Assembly: GCA_944391055.1 (NCBI GenBank)
Contig: CALXSF010000001.1
Coordinates: 68,858 to 132,857, forward strand
DNA from: an uncultured Kiritimatiellota bacterium
GTDB lineage: Bacteria; Verrucomicrobiota; Kiritimatiellia; RFP12; DVOR01
Direction of reading: 5' to 3'
DNA length: 64,000 nt
In this document: positions 58,556 through 64,000 of the stretch, one piece after another
Numbering within the stretch: position 1 is the first letter of the stretch
Layout of the letters: every line of letters begins with the position of its first letter
Notes under the pieces: generated by a model
What the model saw: only the letters and a program-made list of their open reading frames with translations
Told to the model about the DNA's origin: nothing
Database searches by the model: none
Program-made: the position numbers and the translations under genes

Positions 58556-60157
58556 TCACGCCTTGGCGGCGCGGTAGCGGGCGATGAGGGCGTTGGTGGA
58601 GGAGTCGTGGGCGAGGGGGAGGGCCGGGTCGGCGAGCTCCTTGAGGATTTTCCCGGCGAGGACCTTGCCGAGCTCGACGCCCCATTGGTCGAAGGAGAAG
58701 ATGTCCCAGATGACGCCTTGGGTGAAGACCTTGTGCTCGTAGAGGGCGATGAGGGCGCCGAAGGTGCGGGGGGTGAGTTCGTCGGCGAGGAGGGTGTTGG
58801 TGGGGTGGTTTCCCTCGAAGGTCTTGAAGGGGATGAGGCGCTCGGGGACGCCCTCGGCGCGGCATTGCTCGGCGGTTTTGCCGAAGGCGAGCGCCTCGGT
58901 CTGGGCGAAGAAGTTGGCCATCAGTTTGTCGTGATGGTCGCCGAGCGGGTTGTGGCTGCGGCAGAAGCCGATGAAGTCGGCGGGGATGAGGCGGGTGCCT
59001 TGGTGGATGAGCTGGTAGAAGGCGTGCTGGCCGTTGGTGCCGGGCTCGCCCCAGACGATGGGGCCGGTCATGTAGTCGACGGGGTTGCCGTGGCGGTCGA
59101 CGCTCTTGCCGTTGCTCTCCATGTCGAGCTGCTGGAGGTAGGCGGGGAGGCGGGCGAGGTATTGGTCGTAGGGGAGGACGGCGTAGGAGTCGGCGCCGTA
59201 GCCGTTGGAGTAGAGGATGCCGATGAGGGCGAGGAGGATGGGGAGGTTGCGGCGGAAGGGGGCGGTGCGGAAGTGTTTGTCCATGGCCTCGTAGCCGGCG
59301 AGCATGCGGCGGAAGTTGGCGGGGCCGATGGCGATCATGAGGGAGAGGCCGATGGCGGAGGGAAGGGAGTAGCGGCCGCCGACCCAGTCCCAGAAGCCGA
59401 ACATGTTGGCCTCGTCGATCCCGAACTCCCGGACTTTGGCGGCGTTGGTGCTGACGGCGACGAAGTGCGCGGGGACGGCCCCCTCGCCCAGCTTGCCGAC
59501 GAGCCAGGCGCGGGCGGTGTGGGCGTTGGTCATGGTCTCCTGGGTGGTGAAGGTCTTGGAGGCCACGATGAAAAGGGTCTGGTCGGCCCTGACCTGGCGG
59601 AGGGTCTCGGCCAGGTGGGTGGCGTCGACGTTGGAGACGTAGTGGCAGGTGATGGTGCGCTTGGAGAAGGGGAGCAGCGCCTGGTAGGCCATGGCGGGGC
59701 CGAGGTCGGAGCCGCCGATGCCGATGTTGACGACGTGGCGGATGGTCTTGCCGGTGGCGCCGCGCCACTTGCCGGTCCGGATGCGGGTGGCGAAGTCGGC
59801 CATGCGGCCCAGCGTGGCGTGGACGTCGGCGTAGACGTCTTGCCCGTCGACGACGAGCCCGGCGGTCTTGCCGCTGCGCAGGGCGGTGTGGAGGACGGCG
59901 CGGTCCTCGGTCTCGTTGATGTGCTCGCCGGTGAACATCCGCTCGATCTCGGCGCGGAGGTTGGCCTTCTCGGCGAGCTTGAGGAGGAGCTTGAGGGTGG
60001 GCTCGTCGAGGAGGTTCTTCGAGTAGTCGAGTGTCCAGCCGGCGGCGGAGACGGTCATCTTCTCGGCGCGCTTGGGGTCGGCGGCGAAGAGTTCCTTGAG
60101 GGAGAGGGCCTTGCTTTCGATCTGGCCTTCCAGTTGCTCGGCGGTGTCGATGTCCAT
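58556..60157 (-). CDS. pgi: Glucose-6-phosphate isomerase
   Basis: 533 aa. SIS domains. [19 protein letters not shown]. Confidence 0.9.
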   Translation of the reverse strand: MDIDTAEQLEGQIESKALSLKELFAADPKRAEKMTVSAAGWTLDYSKNLLDEPTLKLLLKLAEKANLRAEIERMFTGEHINETEDRAVLHTALRSGKTAGLVVDGQDVYADVHATLGRMADFATRIRTGKWRGATGKTIRHVVNIGIGGSDLGPAMAYQALLPFSKRTITCHYVSNVDATHLAETLRQVRADQTLFIVASKTFTTQETMTNAHTARAWLVGKLGEGAVPAHFVAVSTNAAKVREFGIDEANMFGFWDWVGGRYSLPSAIGLSLMIAIGPANFRRMLAGYEAMDKHFRTAPFRRNLPILLALIGILYSNGYGADSYAVLPYDQYLARLPAYLQQLDMESNGKSVDRHGNPVDYMTGPIVWGEPGTNGQHAFYQLIHQGTRLIPADFIGFCRSHNPLGDHHDKLMANFFAQTEALAFGKTAEQCRAEGVPERLIPFKTFEGNHPTNTLLADELTPRTFGALIALYEHKVFTQGVIWDIFSFDQWGVELGKVLAGKILKELADPALPLAHDSSTNALIARYRAAKA

Positions 60158-60173
60158 GCTGTGTGTCCTTCTG

Positions 60174-60815
60174 CTAATCCGCGAAACCCGCGGCGATGAG
60201 TTGCTCCAAAGAAAGTTCGTCCCGGCCCAACGCCCGGCGCACGTAGGCGCCGAGGATGTCCGCCTCCAGATTGACGCGCCCGCCGACGGCGAGCGCCCCC
60301 AGCGTGGTCTCGCGCAGGGTGGTGGGGATGGCCGCGACCTCAAACCACTCGCCGCCCACCGCGGCCACCGTCAGGCTCACGCCCGCCACCGCCACGGAGC
60401 CCTTGCGCACCGTGCCCCGCGCGAAGGCCGGCGAGCAGGCGAAGCGCAGCCGGAAGTCCTTTCCCTCCGGCCGCCTCGCCGCCAGCCGCCCCACCTCGTC
60501 CACGTGCCCCGAGACGATGTGCCCGCCCAGCCGGTCGCCCAGCCGCAGCGCCCGCTCCAGGTTCAGGCCGTCGCCCGCGCGCAGATCGCCGAGCATCGTG
60601 CAGCGGAGCGTCTCTTCCAGCACCTCCGCCTCGAAGCCGTCGGGCGCGATCGCCGTCACCGTCAGGCACGCGCCGTTCACCGCCACGCTCTCGCCCAAGC
60701 GGAGCGGGTCGCCCGGCGCGGCCAGCCGCGGCGCGCGCATGGCGAGCGTGGCGCCCGTGCCGCGCGGCCTCAGGCCGAGCGTCTCCCCCATGCATTGGAC
60801 CAAGCCGGTGAACAT
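60174..60815 (-). CDS. ribE: Riboflavin synthase alpha subunit
   Basis: MFTGLV start, two lumazine-binding repeats (NGACLTV / AGVSLTV). Confidence 0.85.
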   Translation of the reverse strand: MFTGLVQCMGETLGLRPRGTGATLAMRAPRLAAPGDPLRLGESVAVNGACLTVTAIAPDGFEAEVLEETLRCTMLGDLRAGDGLNLERALRLGDRLGGHIVSGHVDEVGRLAARRPEGKDFRLRFACSPAFARGTVRKGSVAVAGVSLTVAAVGGEWFEVAAIPTTLRETTLGALAVGGRVNLEADILGAYVRRALGRDELSLEQLIAAGFAD

Positions 60816-60848
60816 GACGCCTATTGTAACCTGCGCCCGCGCCGGCCG

Positions 60849-61526
60849 TCAAACCTCCAGGCGGGCGCGTTCCTCGTCCGTCAGCAGGCCGAGGACGTCG
60901 CCCACGCCCAGTCGGGCGCAGCCCATCGCCAGGTAGGCCTCCGCCGCCGCGCGCGTGCGGATGCCGCCCGACGCCTTCACCTGCAGGCGGCCGCCCGCGG
61001 CGTCGAGGAGGATCCGCGCGGCCTCCGGGGTGGCGCCGCCCTGCGGGGCGAAGCCCGTGGAGGTCTTGACGAAGGCCGCACCGGCGCGCGCCGCGCATTC
61101 CACGCCGCGGCGCATCTCCGCCTCCGTCAGCAAGGCCGTCTCCAGGATGACCTTGACGGGCGCGGGGTGGGCGGCGGTGACCACCGCGCGGATCTCGTCC
61201 TCCACGCCCTCGTCGTCGCCGTCCTTCAGCGCGGAGACGTTGATGACCATGTCGATCTCCGCGGCGCCGTCGGCCACGGCCAAACGCGCCTCCAAGGCCT
61301 TCAGCGCGCCGACGGTGTTGCCGTGCGGGAACCCCACCACCGCGGCCACGGCGGTCGCGCTCCCCGCCAGCCGCTCCGCCGCGAAGCGCACGTCGCAGCT
61401 TTTCACGCAGAGGCAGCCGACGCCCGCCGCGCGGCACAACTCCGTGGCGCGCAGCACCGTCATCATCGTCGCCTCGGGCTTCAGGATGGCGTAGTCGAGG
61501 GTCTTCAGAAAGGCTTCCGTTTCCAT
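60849..61526 (-). CDS. deoC: Deoxyribose-phosphate aldolase
   Basis: Schiff-base Lys block FVKTSTGF, 225 aa. Confidence 0.85.
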   Translation of the reverse strand: METEAFLKTLDYAILKPEATMMTVLRATELCRAAGVGCLCVKSCDVRFAAERLAGSATAVAAVVGFPHGNTVGALKALEARLAVADGAAEIDMVINVSALKDGDDEGVEDEIRAVVTAAHPAPVKVILETALLTEAEMRRGVECAARAGAAFVKTSTGFAPQGGATPEAARILLDAAGGRLQVKASGGIRTRAAAEAYLAMGCARLGVGDVLGLLTDEERARLEV

Positions 61527-61527
61527 G

Positions 61528-62418
61528 TCATGCGTCCTCTTGGAGGGTCAAAGGCTGGAGGCGCAGGGTCAGCGTGTGCGCCTGCCCGGGGCCGAGCGTG
61601 ATCTCCCCGTCCGTCTGGCGCGGGTTGGCGGGCTCCACGCAGACGAACTTGCGCGGGCCCTCCAGCGGCATATCCGCCAAACCATGCTCCAAGGCCGGGT
61701 GCCACACCACCACCCCCGCGGCGTCGTCCGCGCTCATCGCCAGCCCACGTCCCGCCACGGGGTCGCGCAGGATGGCCACCACGTCCGCCTGGGCGATCAC
61801 CTCGTCCACCGTCGCCGCGTCGCCGAAATCGAACGTCTTGCCGCCGACGCCCACCAAGCGCGCCTGCCGCGCGTCCGCCACCCGCAGATAGGCGTGCAGC
61901 GCCTCGCTGTACGTGAAGGGTCTGTCCCCCAGGTTACGCGTCTGCAAATCCAGCCTCAGGCACTCCCCCAAGGCGATTTCCAACGTCAGCCGATAAGCGA
62001 AGGGGAAGGCCGGGGCCGTCGCCTCCGCCTCCGAAAGCCCCAAGGTCAGCCGCGTCTCCCGCGCGTCGTACTCGCAGCCTTCCACGTGCCAGGCCGCGCG
62101 CCGCGCGAAGCCGTGCGACGGCGTCCCCTCCGGCGCGCCCTCCGGCGCCTTGCCGAACCACGGCCAGCAAACCGGGATGCCCCCGCGGATGGCCTCCCCC
62201 TCGCCGAACGCCGCCAACGGGCTCAGCCACAGCGCGTCCTGGAAGCCGAGCGCCCTGTAGCTGAGCACCTGCCCGCCGTGCAGGGAGACCTCGCACGACC
62301 CATAGGGCCCCGCCAGCACCGCCAACGGCGCGCCCCCCGGCCCCTCGCGGAAGGCCACGCGGCCCGCCGCGCCGAAACGCCCGTTCAGTTCCCCGATCGT
62401 CGGATAAGCCATGCCCAC
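61528..62418 (-). CDS. D-hexose-6-phosphate mutarotase (glucose-6-phosphate 1-epimerase, aldose epimerase family)
   Basis: GGIPVCWPWFG motif, 296 aa. Confidence 0.75.
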   Translation of the reverse strand: MGMAYPTIGELNGRFGAAGRVAFREGPGGAPLAVLAGPYGSCEVSLHGGQVLSYRALGFQDALWLSPLAAFGEGEAIRGGIPVCWPWFGKAPEGAPEGTPSHGFARRAAWHVEGCEYDARETRLTLGLSEAEATAPAFPFAYRLTLEIALGECLRLDLQTRNLGDRPFTYSEALHAYLRVADARQARLVGVGGKTFDFGDAATVDEVIAQADVVAILRDPVAGRGLAMSADDAAGVVVWHPALEHGLADMPLEGPRKFVCVEPANPRQTDGEITLGPGQAHTLTLRLQPLTLQEDA

Positions 62419-62422
62419 CCCT

Positions 62423-62674
62423 TCAGTAAAGCTTCTCGAAGGCGCCCTTGTCCACGCGCTTCAGCTTATGGAAACCCGCCGCCTTCGCGCGGTCGTCCAG
62501 CCCGGACTTGCTTCGCCCAAGCGCCGGGGCCGCGATCAGTTTGGCCACCTCCGCCCCGCAGTCCGGGCAATGGGTCAGCGGCGGGTCGTCAAGCCGGCGC
62601 ATCGCCTCGAACGGCGTGCGGCACCGCGCGCACCCCTTGGCGGGGTCTTTCGCCTGATAATCGTAGATCGGCAT
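62423..62674 (-). CDS. FmdB-family zinc-ribbon putative regulatory protein
   Basis: MPIYDYQAKDP...CARC...CPDCG. GGAGGA RBS. Confidence 0.7.
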   Translation of the reverse strand: MPIYDYQAKDPAKGCARCRTPFEAMRRLDDPPLTHCPDCGAEVAKLIAAPALGRSKSGLDDRAKAAGFHKLKRVDKGAFEKLY

Positions 62675-62774
62675 ACATCCTCCGAAATCGCTGGGCCACA
62701 GTATACCACAGAACGCCGCGCGTCGGCCAAAACGAAGAGCCCCGCAAGCCACAGGGCTTGCGAGGCTTTGAGGA

Positions 62775-62850
62775 TGGTCGGCCTCGTGGGGCTCGGACCC
62801 ACGACCCCAGCATTAAAAGTGCCGTGCTCTACCAACTGAGCTAGAGGCCG
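62775..62850 (-). tRNA. tRNA-Lys (anticodon UUU), CCA encoded
   Basis: Reverse complement is CGGCCTCTAGCTCAGTTGGTAGAGCACGGCACTTTTAATGCTGGGGTCGTGGGTCCGAGCCCCACGAGGCCGACCA. Confidence 0.9.
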
Positions 62851-62931
62851 AAAACGCGGCATAGGATACCACAACCCTTCCCGTTCGCGCAACCGTTTCG
62901 CGTCTGGCCGTGGCGCCGGGCGCTGACGGCG

Positions 62932-63135
62932 TTGGCGGCGCTGTGGTTCTGCACGGGAATCGGCTTGGGCGAGTATGCCTCGCCCTTCGCGGTGGCGTTG
63001 GCGGGGACGTGTTTCCTGATCTTTGCGCGCGTGCCGTGGCCGCGGCGGCTGGTGGTGTGGGGGACGCGCGGGCTGTGGTCGCCCCTGCTCGCCCGGCTGG
63101 ACGCGCTGTGGCTGCGCGTCTTCCCGGAGCGGTGA
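62932..63135 (+). CDS. Possible small hydrophobic membrane protein (non-ATG start, TTG at 62932 or upstream)
   Basis: Very strong GC3 bias and two hydrophobic segments (LWFCTGIGLGEYASPFAVALAGTCFLIF). Ends just before a bidirectional terminator. No ATG. Confidence 0.25.
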   Translation: MAALWFCTGIGLGEYASPFAVALAGTCFLIFARVPWPRRLVVWGTRGLWSPLLARLDALWLRVFPER

Positions 63136-63147
63136 GGGCGGAGGACG

Positions 63148-63190
63148 AAAAAGAGGCGGGCCCCGACGCTTGCGCGCGGGGCCCGTCTTT
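63148..63190 (-). terminator. Intrinsic terminator downstream of the DksA-like gene (bidirectional hairpin)
   Basis: GGGCCCCG-ACGCTTGCG-CGGGGCCC hairpin. Minus-strand reading is followed by CTCTTTTT. Confidence 0.45.
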
Positions 63191-63202
63191 GTCCGAGGGC
63201 GG

Positions 63203-63850
63203 TCAGTTTTGGCTGCGTTTGGCGGCGGCCATGCTTTCCTCGTACTTTGCCTTGCACTTCACGCAGCGGATGGCGAAGGGGGCGGCGCGGAGGCGTTCGC
63301 GCGGGATGAGGCAACCGCACATGGAGCAGATGCCGTAGGTTTTGTTCTTGATGGCGCGGAGGGCGTCGTCGATGGCGCGCAGGCGGTTGTGCTGGTCGGC
63401 CGCGCGGGTGAGGTCGCTGTCGCGGGAGAAGACGTTGGAGCCGTCTTCCTCGACGTTTTCCTCGTCGGCGGTCTGAAGGGCGTTGGAGCGCGTGGCGTTG
63501 ATGCGCGCGAGGATGGTTTCGCGGTCGGCGAGGAGTTTTTTGCGGAACTCCTCAAGGGTCTCGTCGCTGAAATGTTGCGTGCCGGTGTGCTGGCGCTTGG
63601 CGCGCACGGCCTGCGGTTTTTCGCCGGAGGGGCGGACCACCTCGTATTTCGGCAAGGGGGCGCGGGGGGCGGGGCGGGGCTCGGCGATGGGTTGGGGGGC
63701 CGGGGTCGGCGGCTTGGGGGCGGCCTTGGGCATGGGTCTGCGGGGGGGCTTGGAGGCCTGCGCGGCGTCGGCGCGCCTCGTCGTTTTTTGGGCGGGGGCG
63801 GGTTTGGCGGCCTTGGCGGCGGCCGGGGGTTGTGTCGGTGTCTTTTTCAT
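63203..63850 (-). CDS. DksA/TraR-family C4 zinc-finger protein with a Pro/Ala/Lys-rich N-terminal tail of about 100 aa
   Basis: C-terminal CSMCGCLIPRERLRAAPFAIRCVKCK. Coiled-coil before it. GGAGG RBS. The tail reads KKTPTQPPAAAKAAKPAPAQKTT... Confidence 0.75.
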   Translation of the reverse strand: MKKTPTQPPAAAKAAKPAPAQKTTRRADAAQASKPPRRPMPKAAPKPPTPAPQPIAEPRPAPRAPLPKYEVVRPSGEKPQAVRAKRQHTGTQHFSDETLEEFRKKLLADRETILARINATRSNALQTADEENVEEDGSNVFSRDSDLTRAADQHNRLRAIDDALRAIKNKTYGICSMCGCLIPRERLRAAPFAIRCVKCKAKYEESMAAAKRSQN

Positions 63851-64000
63851 GGTGACACTCCTTCCTGTGGGCCAGTGCGAGACGTGCCGGGCAGGCCCCG
63901 GCATCCGTTCGTAACTCCCGCATTCTAGCAAACCTTCGCCGCGGCGGCAAACATTGCCCGCCGCGGCGCCGACGAAAAAGGCCCCCGGGGGCCGGGGGCC

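Overview
This 64 kb window is very GC-rich (about 70%) and looks like chromosomal DNA from an anaerobic, glycan-degrading Gram-negative bacterium. The gene content points to the PVC superphylum, but that is inference from content only.

The most distinctive contents are:
- an FHA / pseudopilin / SWIM zinc-finger / membrane pseudokinase cluster at 54.7-57.8 kb
- a PEP-CTERM protein
- two tandem GH2-like hydrolase paralogs and a separate LacZ-like GH2 beta-galactosidase with a discoidin domain
- a [FeFe]-hydrogenase mini-operon
- an acyltransferase-3 gene broken by one in-frame TGA
- a MlaFED-like lipid-transport operon
- nrdD/nrdG, T2SS pseudopilin GspG and GspF, an HU protein with a Lys/Ala-rich tail, and a DksA-like protein with a basic tail
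- three tRNAs

The remaining genes are core housekeeping, listed in full in features.

The six-frame track contains many long antisense or fused-frame ORFs that are GC artefacts; genes were re-delimited by hand. From about 32.9 kb to 63.9 kb nearly everything is on the minus strand, and adjacent genes are often coupled by ATGA start/stop overlaps. There is no CRISPR array, transposase, integrase or phage module.

The most interesting non-coding signal is a conserved element present in two copies (near 5.87 kb and 26.25 kb). Each is followed by a GCTTGCGCCC-containing sigma70-like promoter and a short transcript that ends in an intrinsic terminator. These are candidate sRNAs or attenuator leaders.

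The best candidate for a new system is the FHA / pseudopilin / SWIM / pseudokinase cluster, though its genes may simply be neighbours; overall the region reads as ordinary chromosome with a few oddities.
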